NCBI GenBank assembly: GCA_017403155.1
Contig: JAFQOP010000014.1
Location: 15,270 to 79,269 of the forward strand
DNA: 64,000 bases
DNA from: Clostridia bacterium
GTDB lineage: Bacteria; Bacillota; Clostridia; Oscillospirales; CAG-272
Reading direction: 5' to 3'
Within the stretch, counting starts at the first letter, position 1, and every line of letters begins with the position of its first letter. The notes under the pieces were generated by a model that saw nothing but the letters and a program-made list of their open reading frames with translations, had not been told where the DNA came from and made no database searches. Below are positions 18,208 to 28,432 of the stretch, one piece after another. Both the position numbers and the translations under genes were made by a program.

Positions 18208-18216
18208 GGAAAAAAG

Positions 18217-21051
18217 ATGTCAAAAAAAATAGTAATCAAGGGAGCACGGGTCAATAACCTTAAAAACATCGACCTGGAAATCCCAAGAGATAAGCTCGTC
18301 GTGCTTACCGGCCTTTCTGGCAGCGGCAAGTCATCGCTTGCATTCGACACCCTCTATGCGGAGGGGCATCGCCGCTTTGTCGAGAGCCTTTCCTCTTATG
18401 CGAGGATATTCCTCGGCCAGATGGACAAGCCCGACGTAGACCTTATCGAGGGACTCTCTCCCTCCATATCGATAGACCAGAAAACAACCTCCAAGAATCC
18501 ACGCTCAACAGTGGGAACCGTAACGGAAATATACGACTATCTGCGTCTCCTTTACGCGCGCGTCGGTATTCCGCACTGTCCCGTTTGCGGCAAGGAGATA
18601 CGTCAGCAATCCTTGGACCAGATTGTCGAGAGAATTCTGACACTCCCGGAGGGAACGAGGTTTATGGTTCTCTCTCCGGTTGTTAATGCGCAGAAGGGTA
18701 TGCATGAGAAGGTATTTGCCGATGCAAAGAAGAACGGTTACGTCCGCGTTCGCGTTGACGGAAATATGTACGACCTTTCCGAGGAAATAAAGCTGGACAA
18801 AAACCTCAAGCATACGATTGATATAGTCGTTGACAGGCTGATAATGAAGGAGGGCGTGCGCCCAAGACTCTCTGACTCGGTAGAGAGCGCATTGAAGGCG
18901 TCTGACGGCAGGGTGAGCATTGTCACTGTTCTTGCCGACGGAGAAGGTGAAGCACTCGAGTTTTCACAAAAATATGCCTGCGAGGAGCATGGCATCAGCT
19001 TCCCTGAGCTTGAGCCGAGAATGTTCTCGTTCAATAATCCCATCGGTGCATGTCCCGCGTGCGCAGGAATAGGAAACATGCAGCAGGTGTCGGTAAAGAA
19101 GCTTATTCCGCATAAGCACCTTTCTCTGCGTGAGGGTGGCATTGCTGCCAATGGGTTCCGTACCATGACCGAGGACTCCTGGACGGGACCTCTCATTGCG
19201 GCAGTTGGCGAGGATTATGGCTTTACTCTCGATACTCCCCTTAGAGATTTCTCGGAGGAGGCTATGCACGTGCTTATGTACGGAGCGCCGGATAAGAGAT
19301 ACCGCGTTACCCGTTATTTTGGCGGTCAGGGTAGGGAACAGGATGCAAGGTTCGACGGAATAGTTCATATTATCGAAAAACGAATGAAAATGGCGGGCGG
19401 CGACTACTACCAGGAATTCGTCGAGGAGGTTGATTGTCCAAAATGTCGGGGCAGACGTCTTTCCGATACTGTTCTTGGAGTAACCGTCGGAGGACTAAAT
19501 ATTGATGAAATTTGCCGCCTCTCCATAGATAAAATGCTCGCCTTCGTCGAAGGGCTGACCTTTGGTGAAAGCGAGGCTAAGATAGCAAAAGAGGTTCTCA
19601 AGGAGATAAAGGCAAGACTTAATTTCCTTGTCAGAGTCGGACTCGATTACCTCAATCTTGCCAGAACCGCAGGAACACTCTCGGGCGGTGAAGCACAGAG
19701 AATTCGTCTTGCCACACAGATAGGCTCGGCACTTACGGGAGTATTGTATATTCTTGACGAGCCAAGTATAGGTCTGCACCAGCGAGATAACGGTAAGCTC
19801 ATAAACACATTAAAAAACCTTCGCGATCTCGGCAACAGCGTTGTTGTTGTTGAGCACGATGAGGATACTATGCGTGCGGCGGACTTCATAGTCGATATAG
19901 GACCCGGCGCGGGTATACACGGAGGCGAGGTAGTTGCATCGGGCACACCGGAGGAGGTTGCTGCCTCGGAGAAGTCCATAACGGGAGCATATCTCTCGGG
20001 CAGGAGCTATATCGCTGTTCCCACAGAGCGTCGCCGCGGCAACGGACTTTTCCTTACCGTCAAGGGAGCAGAGGAGAACAACCTCAAGAAGGTAACGGTC
20101 GATTTTCCGCTTGGATGCTTCATAGCAGTTACGGGTGTATCCGGCAGCGGAAAATCTTCTCTCGTAAATTCTGTACTGTACAGAACTCTTGCCAGAGATC
20201 TCAACCGAGCGATAACCTACCCGGGAAAGGTAGAGGAGATCGAAGGACTTGAGCATCTTGACAAGGTTATTGCTATCGACCAAAGCCCGATAGGCAGAAC
20301 TCCGCGCTCGAATCCTGCAACCTATACGGGACTTTTCACCGATATACGCAACCTTTTTGCTAAAACGAAGGATGCAAAGGCGAGAGGCTACGACGCAGGT
20401 CGCTTTTCCTTCAACATCCGCGGAGGCAGATGTGAGGCGTGTGAGGGTGACGGAGTTAAGTGCATAGAGATGAACTTCCTTCCCGACGTCTACGTTAAGT
20501 GCGACGTATGTAAGGGAAAGAGATATAATCGCGATACCCTTGACGTAAGGTATAAGGGCAAGAGCATATATGATGTTCTGGAAATGTCGGTAGAGGAGGG
20601 AATATCCTTTTTTGACGGACTTCCTCAGCTCCAGCGGAAGCTGACAACCCTCTACGACGTGGGACTCGGATATATAAAAATCGGTCAGTCCTCGACAACC
20701 CTCTCGGGCGGAGAGGCACAGAGAGTGAAGCTTGCAACGGAGCTCTCAAAGCGCTCAACGGGTAAGACGATATATATTCTCGATGAGCCTACTACCGGTC
20801 TTCACAGTGAGGACGTCTCGAAGCTTATCGGCATTCTTCAGCGCCTGGCGGACGGAGGAAATACCGTTGTCGTTATAGAGCATAACCTCGACCTTATCAA
20901 GACCGCAGACTATATTATCGACCTCGGTCCCGAGGGCGGAGACGGTGGTGGCACCGTGGTTGCCACGGGTACACCCGAGGAGGTCGCAAGATGCGAAAAA
21001 TCTTACACGGGTGCCTTCCTTCGCGAGAAACTGGGAATGGAGGATGCCTGA
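18217..21051 (+). CDS. uvrA: Excinuclease ABC subunit A
   Basis: Two ABC modules ([26 protein letters not shown] x2) and zinc fingers. Confidence 0.98.
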   Translation: MSKKIVIKGARVNNLKNIDLEIPRDKLVVLTGLSGSGKSSLAFDTLYAEGHRRFVESLSSYARIFLGQMDKPDVDLIEGLSPSISIDQKTTSKNPRSTVGTVTEIYDYLRLLYARVGIPHCPVCGKEIRQQSLDQIVERILTLPEGTRFMVLSPVVNAQKGMHEKVFADAKKNGYVRVRVDGNMYDLSEEIKLDKNLKHTIDIVVDRLIMKEGVRPRLSDSVESALKASDGRVSIVTVLADGEGEALEFSQKYACEEHGISFPELEPRMFSFNNPIGACPACAGIGNMQQVSVKKLIPHKHLSLREGGIAANGFRTMTEDSWTGPLIAAVGEDYGFTLDTPLRDFSEEAMHVLMYGAPDKRYRVTRYFGGQGREQDARFDGIVHIIEKRMKMAGGDYYQEFVEEVDCPKCRGRRLSDTVLGVTVGGLNIDEICRLSIDKMLAFVEGLTFGESEAKIAKEVLKEIKARLNFLVRVGLDYLNLARTAGTLSGGEAQRIRLATQIGSALTGVLYILDEPSIGLHQRDNGKLINTLKNLRDLGNSVVVVEHDEDTMRAADFIVDIGPGAGIHGGEVVASGTPEEVAASEKSITGAYLSGRSYIAVPTERRRGNGLFLTVKGAEENNLKKVTVDFPLGCFIAVTGVSGSGKSSLVNSVLYRTLARDLNRAITYPGKVEEIEGLEHLDKVIAIDQSPIGRTPRSNPATYTGLFTDIRNLFAKTKDAKARGYDAGRFSFNIRGGRCEACEGDGVKCIEMNFLPDVYVKCDVCKGKRYNRDTLDVRYKGKSIYDVLEMSVEEGISFFDGLPQLQRKLTTLYDVGLGYIKIGQSSTTLSGGEAQRVKLATELSKRSTGKTIYILDEPTTGLHSEDVSKLIGILQRLADGGNTVVVIEHNLDLIKTADYIIDLGPEGGDGGGTVVATGTPEEVARCEKSYTGAFLREKLGMEDA

Positions 21052-21608
21052 TGCACTTTGGCGCGATAAAGAAATTCGATATTGCAAACGGTGAAGGAAT
21101 ACGCACGTCCCTCTTTGTAAGCGGATGCCGCAACCGTTGCCCCGGCTGCTTCCAGCCTGAAACGTGGGCATTTGATTACGGTCGCGTATTTGATGAGGCG
21201 GCAAAAACGGAAATTTTTGAGAGCTTTAGCATTCCTTCGGTGCGCGGACTCAGCATACTTGGCGGTGAGCCTATGGAGCCCGAAAATCAGAGAGGACTCC
21301 TCCCTCTTCTCAGGGAGTTCAAGGAACGCTTTCCGGATAAAAACGTATGGCTTTATACAGGGAACACCTACGAGGAGCTTGTTGCCGAGGTAGGAACGAA
21401 TCCAAAGGCTATCGATATAACGCGTGAGCTTCTTTCGCTTGTTGACATTCTTGTTGACGGCAGATTCGTTGAGGAGAAAAAGACACTCGGACTTCGCTTC
21501 AGGGGCTCCTCTAATCAGCGCATTATCGATTTAAATAAAACGAGAGAAACGGGTGAGATTGTAATCTGGTCGGGCTGTGACGGTGATCGGGTATACTCTC
21601 CCGTGTGA
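21051..21608 (+). CDS. nrdG: Anaerobic ribonucleotide reductase activase
   Basis: DIANGEGIRTSLFVSGCRNRCPGCF (CxxxCxxC), GGEP and FRGSSNQRIID; TGATG overlap with uvrA. Confidence 0.94.
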   Translation: MHFGAIKKFDIANGEGIRTSLFVSGCRNRCPGCFQPETWAFDYGRVFDEAAKTEIFESFSIPSVRGLSILGGEPMEPENQRGLLPLLREFKERFPDKNVWLYTGNTYEELVAEVGTNPKAIDITRELLSLVDILVDGRFVEEKKTLGLRFRGSSNQRIIDLNKTRETGEIVIWSGCDGDRVYSPV

Positions 21609-21615
21609 GGAAAAT

Positions 21616-22053
21616 ATGAATGTAAATATTAAAATACTCGACTCGCGTGCCACACCCATGACCTACGGCACGGAGTTTTCAGCGGGTGCGGATCTGTATA
21701 ATCTGCAGGATACTCCCGTTGTTATCGAGCCGCATTCCACCGCCCTTATACATACGGGCATAGCAATGGAAATCCCCGTCGGCTACGTCGGGCTTATCTT
21801 TGCGCGCAGCGGCCTTGCCACAAAGCGCGGTCTCGCCCCTGCTAACAAGGTGGGCGTCATAGACGCAGATTACCGTGGAGAGATAATGGTTTCTCTCCAC
21901 AACCACTCGGACGTTGTGGCTACCGTCGAGGGTGGCGAGAGGGTGGCGCAGATTGCCATCGTCCCATTCCTCAAGTGCGAGTTTACCCCGGTCGACGGGC
22001 TTTCCGACACAGCGCGCGGCGCGGGTGGCTTCGGCTCTACGGGAAGAAAGTAA
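21616..22053 (+). CDS. dut: dUTP diphosphatase
   Basis: SAGADL, RSGLA, GVIDADYRGEI, RVAQ and RGAGGFGSTG. Confidence 0.97.
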   Translation: MNVNIKILDSRATPMTYGTEFSAGADLYNLQDTPVVIEPHSTALIHTGIAMEIPVGYVGLIFARSGLATKRGLAPANKVGVIDADYRGEIMVSLHNHSDVVATVEGGERVAQIAIVPFLKCEFTPVDGLSDTARGAGGFGSTGRK

Positions 22054-22088
22054 TATACTGATTTGCAGAAAAAGAGGCGATATTCATT

Positions 22089-22781
22089 ATGCTTCGCAAG
22101 ACGTATGATATTCGCTCGGAAAGTGCAATAAAAAATTGGGACGAGGGGCTTCCCCTCGGGAACGGCAGGCTTGGTACCCTTATATACGGTAGCGGTCCTT
22201 TGCGCCTTTCGGTCGACCGCACCGACCTCTGGGACAATCGTCCCCACCCCTTTACTAAGGAGGAGGGATTAAATTTTCCAAATCTCGTTCGCCTCGTGAG
22301 GTCGGGCAGTGATGAGGATTGGTGTGAATCTCAGCGTCTTTTTGAGTCTATATACTATCTTCCTTACCCCCACAAAGCTTACCGCAGGTCGCATTGAGCT
22401 TGATTTCGGTATTTGTACTGACCGCATTACCTCCCATCTCAGCTTCAAAGAGGCAGTTGCCGACGTTTTGGTCGAGGGGGCGAGCGGGGCAGGGGAGAGC
22501 TTTTCATGAGTGCTACCGCGTTCATCGGAGTCGCTCGCGTTTGGGGCGATTTTTCCCTCAGCCTGCGACCACCGCGCTATCTTTCGGGAAGTGCCGAGCT
22601 TCGGGATGGGACCCTTCGACGGGTGGTGCTTGAGGGTGGTGTAAACAAGACCATCCGTATAAAAAACACATTTCCAAAGACAACCCTCACTGTGCGCAAC
22701 GGCTGCGCGGAATACACCGTTACGGCAGAGCCGGGCGAAGTCATTGAGATTGCTCACGAGGGTAAAACCGAAATTTTCTAA
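22089..22781 (+). pseudogene. GH95 (alpha-L-fucosidase-like) remnant with two frameshifts and a large internal deletion
   Basis: N-terminal WDEGLPLGNGRLG...LSVDRTDLWD continues over three frames (shifts near 22370 and 22495) and joins a C-terminal-type segment SAELRDG...IKNTF. About 230 codons versus about 750+ typical. Confidence 0.75.
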
Positions 22782-22787
22782 ACAAAC

Positions 22788-22824
22788 AAAGAGGACCGTG
22801 GCACTGTGCCGTCGGTCCTCTTTT
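22788..22824. terminator. Bidirectional intrinsic terminator
   Basis: AAAGAGGACCG...CGGTCCTCTTT stem between convergent genes. Confidence 0.85.
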
Positions 22825-22828
22825 GATA

Positions 22829-23797
22829 TTATTGCTTAAAGAAATCCTTGGTAAAATATATCTCGTCCTTCGGGATGGAAAATTCCTTTCCGTTAAGGTA
22901 TTCCAGTGCTGTGGGCTCACCCTTGAAGGAAAAGCGTAGCTTATACGAATAAAGGGCTTGGTATTTATATCCCCTTGCTCGGTCGCTTTTGTTTATTCCG
23001 TACTTTCCGTCACCGACAAGTGGGTGACCGATGTGCGCCATGTGCGCACGTATCTGGTGTGTTCTGCCTGTGAGAAGCTCGACCTCTATAAGCGCGCTGT
23101 CGCCGTTTTTCGCGATTACCCTATATCTTGTGATAATATTTTTTGCGCCTCGGGGAGGATTCCTGTCGTATACGCGAACAATATTGTTTTTCTCATCCTT
23201 GATAAGATAGCCGTACAGAGTGTCTTCTGCCTTCTTCGGTATTCCGTGTATTGCTGCAAGGTAGAACTTATCAATCTCTCTGAGCTTGATTTTTTCATTC
23301 ATCACGCGCAGCGCCTCGGCGGTCTTTGCCGCGATAACTATGCCGCCCGTGTTGCGATCTATTCGGTTGCATAAAGCGGGGGTAAAGCTCTGCTCGTCGT
23401 CGGGTAAGTATTCGCCCTTTTGATATAAATATGCGAGCACGTGGGTGATAAGCGTGTCGGTTGAGCCGTTTTCGTCCTCGTGTACGGAAACACCGGGGCG
23501 CTTGTTGAGCAGAAGGATGTTATCATCCTCGTAGATAACGGATAGCTTTGGGTTAATGCGCAGATATGACCCCTCATCCGTCCTTTTCTCAAAAAACTCC
23601 TCGGGCAAAAAGCATTGCACCGTATCCCCCTCTGCAAGGAGGGTATTGTTCTCGGCTCTTTTTCTGTTTACCTTTATTTTCTTCGTTCTGATAGCCTTGT
23701 ACAGCAGCCCGGTCGGCAGACCGAGAGCCTTGGTAATAAACTTGTCAAGTCGTTGACCTGCATCGTTTTTCTTTATTATAAGTTCTCTCATAGACAT
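22829..23797 (-). CDS. RluA family (RluC/D-like) pseudouridine synthase with S4 domain
   Basis: GQRLDKF, NRIDRNTGG, LTGRTHQIRAH and GHPLVGD.KYG; start at 23797 or 23791. Confidence 0.93.
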   Translation of the reverse strand: MSMRELIIKKNDAGQRLDKFITKALGLPTGLLYKAIRTKKIKVNRKRAENNTLLAEGDTVQCFLPEEFFEKRTDEGSYLRINPKLSVIYEDDNILLLNKRPGVSVHEDENGSTDTLITHVLAYLYQKGEYLPDDEQSFTPALCNRIDRNTGGIVIAAKTAEALRVMNEKIKLREIDKFYLAAIHGIPKKAEDTLYGYLIKDEKNNIVRVYDRNPPRGAKNIITRYRVIAKNGDSALIEVELLTGRTHQIRAHMAHIGHPLVGDGKYGINKSDRARGYKYQALYSYKLRFSFKGEPTALEYLNGKEFSIPKDEIYFTKDFFKQ

Positions 23798-23828
23798 TGC
23801 CGTAAAAATCGGCGTCTCCTTTTACATA

Positions 23829-23947
23829 ATTATACATTTAAAGGGCGACTATTTCAAGTGCAAAATGTGTTTTTCTCCAAAAACGGGACGAAAATACAAA
23901 AAAATAGAGCATACTTACTTGAAATTTACACCTTTGTATGCTATACT
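23829..23947. promoter_or_regulatory. Divergent sigma-A promoters
   Basis: Minus: TTGAAA-N17-TATAAT (23829-23857). Plus: TTGAAA-N17-TATACT (23919-23947). Confidence 0.6.
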
Positions 23948-23980
23948 CAAGTCGTAAAATAAAATTACAGGAGATATGTT

Positions 23981-24892
23981 ATGAAAAATCCAGAGCTTGT
24001 TATAATGGCGGCAGGAATGGGCAGCCGCTACGGAGGTCTCAAGCAGATTGACACTGTTGACGATCAGGGGCACATAATTATTGACTTCTCCATCTACGAT
24101 GCGATGAAGGCCGGCTTCAAGGCGGTGACCTTCATAATCAAGAAGGAAATAGAGAAGGATTTTCGCGAGGTTATGGATAAGCACCTTGAGGGCAAGGATA
24201 TCGAGGTTAAGTACGTTTTTCAGGAGATTGATAAGCTCCCCGAGGGATATTCCGTTCCTGAAGGAAGACGCAAGCCCTGGGGCACAGCGCATGCAATTCT
24301 TTGCTGCCTTGGTACGGTAGATGCACCCTTTGCGGTAATCAATGCGGATGACTACTACGGAGCAAATGCGTTCTCCAAGATATATAACTTCCTCAAGAAC
24401 ACAAACGATGAGGGCAAGTATCACTACGCAATGGTAGGATACAGAATCAAGAACACCGTAACAGAGCAGGGGACAGTATCCCGCGGTGTTTGTGCCTCCG
24501 GTGAGGACGGTATGCTTACCGAAATTGTTGAGAGAACGAAGATCGGAGTAAACGGTGATAAGATATACTTCACCGAGGATGGTGTTGACTACGACCTTGA
24601 TCCCGATACTCTTGTTTCGATGAACCTCTGGGGCTTTACCCCCTCTTACATTCAGGAGTGCGCAAAGCGTTTCCCCGCATTCCTTGACGAGAATGTGCCG
24701 AAGAATCCCGAAAAGTGTGAGTTCTTCCTTCCTTCTGTTGTATCCGAGCTTATCGGCGAGGGCAAGGCTGACGTAAAGGTCCTTGACAACACCGATAAGT
24801 GGTACGGAGTTACCTACAAGGAGGATAAGGCTACCGTAATCGAGGCGTTCCGCGCCCTCAAGGCAGCAGGAGTATATCCCGAGAATTTCTGA
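23981..24892 (+). CDS. Sugar-phosphate nucleotidyltransferase family protein
   Basis: MAAGMGSRYGGLKQ, KPWGTAHA, VINADDYYG, SMNLWGF and WYGVTY. Confidence 0.9.
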   Translation: MKNPELVIMAAGMGSRYGGLKQIDTVDDQGHIIIDFSIYDAMKAGFKAVTFIIKKEIEKDFREVMDKHLEGKDIEVKYVFQEIDKLPEGYSVPEGRRKPWGTAHAILCCLGTVDAPFAVINADDYYGANAFSKIYNFLKNTNDEGKYHYAMVGYRIKNTVTEQGTVSRGVCASGEDGMLTEIVERTKIGVNGDKIYFTEDGVDYDLDPDTLVSMNLWGFTPSYIQECAKRFPAFLDENVPKNPEKCEFFLPSVVSELIGEGKADVKVLDNTDKWYGVTYKEDKATVIEAFRALKAAGVYPENF

Positions 24893-24925
24893 TTACGGGC
24901 ATTAATCGGGCATTAAAGTAAATAG

Positions 24926-24971
24926 AGAACGGGTGTTTTTTTGCAAAAACATGAACGCCCGTTCTTTTTTT
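24926..24971 (+). terminator. Intrinsic terminator
   Basis: AGAACGGGTGTT / AACGCCCGTTCT stem followed by a T run. Confidence 0.7.
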
Positions 24972-24981
24972 ATTACATTAC

Positions 24982-25010
24982 TTGACAAATCAAATGCGTA
25001 ATGATATAAT
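24982..25010 (+). promoter_or_regulatory. Consensus sigma-A promoter
   Basis: TTGACA-N17-TATAAT with an extended TG. Confidence 0.8.
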
Positions 25011-25040
25011 AATTATAACTAAAGATTTAAGGAGACAATT

Positions 25041-25967
25041 ATGATTTGTAAGAACTGTCTGCACGAGATTGCGGACGATGTACAATCTTGTCCTGACTGC
25101 GGTGCAGAGCTCACCTCCTCTTCCGAAAAGGAGATTGAGGCTACGCCTTCTGCCGACGCGGTAATAAACACCAGCGGAGCAAGAAAGCTGCCCTTTATTT
25201 TCACGTTTGTGGGAGTATGCCTTATTGCACTCGGCTATCTTGCATTTTGGGTTGCAAATCTGGCACTTGGAGGCGCGGGTGTTGCTAATTCGGCTATGAT
25301 TACGTCTGTGTTCGGACGTGTGGCAACCTGCTTGGTACATAGTGTTATTCTTGCAGCGGCAATCGTTGCGATTGTTTATGCTGTTAAGATTTCCCTGAAC
25401 AAGGGTAATCTTGCATTCTCTATTTACAGATTTAATTTCCTTCCCAGGGTGCTGACGATATTTTCCGTTTTTGCTATGCTCGACGGATTTATCATTTTCT
25501 TCGTTGCTACCATTTCCAATTCAATAGTTGGCGAAAAGCTTACCTGGCTTAACAACTATTATGCTATTGCTGAGATAACCGAGAACATCGGTTATGCAGG
25601 ACTTGAAATCAGAGAAGAAATCGAGCTGCTGAGTGATGGCTTCCTTGCTATCGCCAGTGCTGTGCTCTTTGGTCTTTCCTTCCTTGCTTTCTCGGCAGTA
25701 TCTTTCTTCCTATTCGGTAAGATTAAGAACTACTATATGATTCTTGCGAATACTGCAAACGGCGCGCAGTATGACAAGGATAACAAGCCTCCGATCATTC
25801 TTTCCTTTGTAATGGCGGCTCTTTACGTTGGCCTTGCTGTAATATCTCTTATAGCAGGTGTATGGGTTGATGCTATTATTCAGATCGGTATGTCTATCTT
25901 CCTTGGCGCGTGCGGTTGGATGTTCATTTCCGTTCATACCGACCTTCGTAAGACGAGCGTGGAATAA
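25041..25967 (+). CDS. Zinc-ribbon-containing multi-pass membrane protein
   Basis: N-terminal CKNC...CPDCG and about 6 hydrophobic segments; RBS AAGGAG. Confidence 0.85.
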   Translation: MICKNCLHEIADDVQSCPDCGAELTSSSEKEIEATPSADAVINTSGARKLPFIFTFVGVCLIALGYLAFWVANLALGGAGVANSAMITSVFGRVATCLVHSVILAAAIVAIVYAVKISLNKGNLAFSIYRFNFLPRVLTIFSVFAMLDGFIIFFVATISNSIVGEKLTWLNNYYAIAEITENIGYAGLEIREEIELLSDGFLAIASAVLFGLSFLAFSAVSFFLFGKIKNYYMILANTANGAQYDKDNKPPIILSFVMAALYVGLAVISLIAGVWVDAIIQIGMSIFLGACGWMFISVHTDLRKTSVE

Positions 25968-25976
25968 TTTTGACTT

Positions 25977-26010
25977 AAAAAGCAACGGCACGCAGCCGTT
26001 GCTTTTTTTT
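25977..26010 (+). terminator. Intrinsic terminator
   Basis: AAAAAGCAACGGC / GCCGTTGCTTTTTTTT. Confidence 0.85.
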
Positions 26011-26044
26011 GTGAAATATAAATTAAACGGAGAATCGAGATATT

Positions 26045-27505
26045 ATGAATATAAAAAGAGTTGTACGATTTGTTATCCTTATACTATCCTTGCTCACGGT
26101 CATCGCCCTTGCAGTCTCTTGTGCTGACCCCGAGCCCTGCCTCAATCATATAGATACAGACAGTGATAATATATGCGACATCTGCAGTACAGACGTGACA
26201 CCATCGCTTCCCGAGCCAGATGAGCATCGCGATGAGAATCGCGACTTCATTTGTGATGAATGCGGCACCGAGTGCTTCCCCGACTGCGGTGGAGAGCACA
26301 AGAACGAAAACGACAACAACAAGTGTGATATCTGCGGAAAGGACGTTCCTGTTGATATAACGGTCAGCGTTGTCGACCATCTCGGTAATCCCATTGCCAA
26401 CGTTAAGGTATCGCTTGAGGATGAGAATTTCAATAAATATGAGGGCACAACCAATAACGATGGCAAGATAGTGCTTTCTCTTCTTGTCGGAAGGTATGAT
26501 ATTTCCTATGACCTGTCCGAGCTTGACGCAAACTATATCACGGGTGCGACGTCCGTAACCATCAGCGATGAGGACCGCGAGATTAATCTCGAATTTGTTG
26601 ACAACACACCTAACGGCACCTTTGAGCGTCCCTTTGTAATTTCCACGGATGAAACAACGGTGTCCCTGACGATTCCTGCAAACACGAAATATGAATATAA
26701 GATTCCGTTTGGCGGAGGCAGGACGGTTACCTTCTACTCCCCGGATATCGAAGTTCTTTATCACGAAAGGGCAGAGGACGGAAGCTATTCCTCGGCTCAG
26801 TATCTCCCCGATTCAAAGGGTGAGATATCCTTCAAGCTCAGAGAGACAGATACAAACACACCGAATCTTTTCTCAGTTGAGAACAAGTCGGGGCAGAGCA
26901 TCACCTTTAACGTTTCGCTTGTGTCCAGACTCGGTTCGCTTTCCAATCCTATTGTTATTGATAGCATAGAGGGTCCCGTTAACTGTGAGCTTGCAGCAGA
27001 GACAACGGTTAATTATAAGTGGGTAGCCACCGACGGTAAGTGGCTCAAGGCAGTTGCACAGCCTATATACGTTTTCAGAAAGGATTCAACCTCTGCCGCA
27101 CCTCTTGTTAAGACAGAAGGCGGGGAAGGGCTTGTCGGTACTTACACCGCAACGCTTGAGAGCGGTTTAGTTACTGTTATTATAACAGAAACAGAAATTG
27201 AAGTTGTTGATGAAACAACCGATTGGGAGAACGTAAGCGGAAGCTATTCATATACTCTTGAGGGCGGTGTGATAACAATTTTGAGCGCCGCGGACGGTGT
27301 TGCCGTCGATACGTTTTCTGTTGCCGCGTGCCAGCTCTCCGTATATATAACGAATAGCAGAACCTCGGCACAAAAGGTGATAGGCGAGGGCATCAATGAG
27401 GCTTTGATTTCAGTTTCCGAGGGAGATGAAATCAGGTTTTCGATTACCTCTGCATATGACGTAGAGTTTATTTTGAATTTGGCACTCTTAGATACCTTGG
27501 AGTAA
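26045..27505 (+). CDS. Putative lipoprotein with three His/Cys/Asp repeats and beta-sandwich domains
   Basis: Signal peptide with lipobox LAVS-C26; repeats H.(D/N).(D/N).(D/N)..CD.C; carboxypeptidase-regulatory-like segment (VVDHLGNPIANVKV...TTNNDG); two G...(R/N)P repeats. Confidence 0.8.
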   Translation: MNIKRVVRFVILILSLLTVIALAVSCADPEPCLNHIDTDSDNICDICSTDVTPSLPEPDEHRDENRDFICDECGTECFPDCGGEHKNENDNNKCDICGKDVPVDITVSVVDHLGNPIANVKVSLEDENFNKYEGTTNNDGKIVLSLLVGRYDISYDLSELDANYITGATSVTISDEDREINLEFVDNTPNGTFERPFVISTDETTVSLTIPANTKYEYKIPFGGGRTVTFYSPDIEVLYHERAEDGSYSSAQYLPDSKGEISFKLRETDTNTPNLFSVENKSGQSITFNVSLVSRLGSLSNPIVIDSIEGPVNCELAAETTVNYKWVATDGKWLKAVAQPIYVFRKDSTSAAPLVKTEGGEGLVGTYTATLESGLVTVIITETEIEVVDETTDWENVSGSYSYTLEGGVITILSAADGVAVDTFSVAACQLSVYITNSRTSAQKVIGEGINEALISVSEGDEIRFSITSAYDVEFILNLALLDTLE

Positions 27506-27540
27506 AAAAAGAGCCGTGCGTAAAAGCACGGTTCTTTTTT
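27505..27540. terminator. Bidirectional intrinsic terminator
   Basis: AAAAAAGAGCCGTGC / GCACGGTTCTTTTTT between convergent genes. Confidence 0.85.
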
Positions 27541-27545
27541 GCTTA

Positions 27546-28400
27546 TTAAACGCCCGAGTAGGCGGAGAAGCCTCCGTCAATCGGGAGAACTACACCGGTG
27601 ATGAAGCTTGCCGCCGCATCCGAAAGGAAGAAGAGCAATCCGCCGATAAGCTCGCTTGCCTCGCCAAAGCGCTTCATGGGCGTTCCGCCGAGAATCTTAT
27701 TTGTTCGTGGGGTGGGTGAGCCGTCAGGATTGAAGAGAAGTGCTCTGTTCTGGTTGGATACGAAGAAGCCGGGAGCAATTGCATTTACTCTTATGTTTGC
27801 ATTTGCAAAATGAACTGCCAGCCACTGTGTAAAGTTAGATACTGCCGCCTTAGCTGCGCTGTATGCAGGAATCTTGGTAAGGGGGCGATATGCATTCATC
27901 GATGAGATGTTTATGATATTTCCGCCCTTGCCACTCTTTGCCATCTCCTTGCAGAATACCTGAGTTGTAAGGAAAGCAGCGGTAACGTTCAGATCAAATA
28001 CAAATCTGAAGCCGTCGGGAGAAAGGGAGAAGAAATCCTGCACGTTCTCATTTTCGAGTGCCTCGAGGTCGAAATACTCGTTAGCTGTCGTTGCTTTGGG
28101 ATTGTTTCCGCCTGCGCCGTTAATCAGTATATCGCATACACCAAGCTCACGCTCCACAATTTCACGCGCCTCTTCAAGGCTCGCTTTTTCAAGGCAGTTT
28201 GCCTTTACTGCGATGGCAACACCGCCATTATCTCTTATTTCCTTGGCAAAGCCTTCTGCCGCATCGAGATTTATATCGAGAAGTGCTACCTTTGCGCCGC
28301 ATTCTGCTATCGCCTTGGCAAAGTCGGAGCAGAGAACTCCACCCGCACCTGTAACGACGGCAACCTTGCCGCTAAGGTCAACGTTGAAGGGAATGTTCAT
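27546..28400 (-). CDS. uxuB: SDR family D-mannonate oxidoreductase (fructuronate reductase, Firmicutes type)
   Basis: TGAGGVLC, NGAGGNNP, SSMNAYRPLTKIPAYSAAK and DGGFSAYSGV; next to uxuA. Confidence 0.88.
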   Translation of the reverse strand: MNIPFNVDLSGKVAVVTGAGGVLCSDFAKAIAECGAKVALLDINLDAAEGFAKEIRDNGGVAIAVKANCLEKASLEEAREIVERELGVCDILINGAGGNNPKATTANEYFDLEALENENVQDFFSLSPDGFRFVFDLNVTAAFLTTQVFCKEMAKSGKGGNIINISSMNAYRPLTKIPAYSAAKAAVSNFTQWLAVHFANANIRVNAIAPGFFVSNQNRALLFNPDGSPTPRTNKILGGTPMKRFGEASELIGGLLFFLSDAAASFITGVVLPIDGGFSAYSGV

Positions 28401-28432
28401 TCTTTATATCTCGCTTTCTGTAGTTTTTAATA

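Noticed and set aside
22089-22781. Programmed frameshifting or phase variation in the GH95 fragments
   Set aside because: The catalytic domain is missing regardless of frame, so decay is the simpler explanation.
24953-24964. GAAC-GCCC-GTTC, LexA-box-like, just upstream of a promoter
   Set aside because: It is the 3' arm of the terminator hairpin, the spacer fits the consensus poorly, and the downstream gene is not a known SOS gene.
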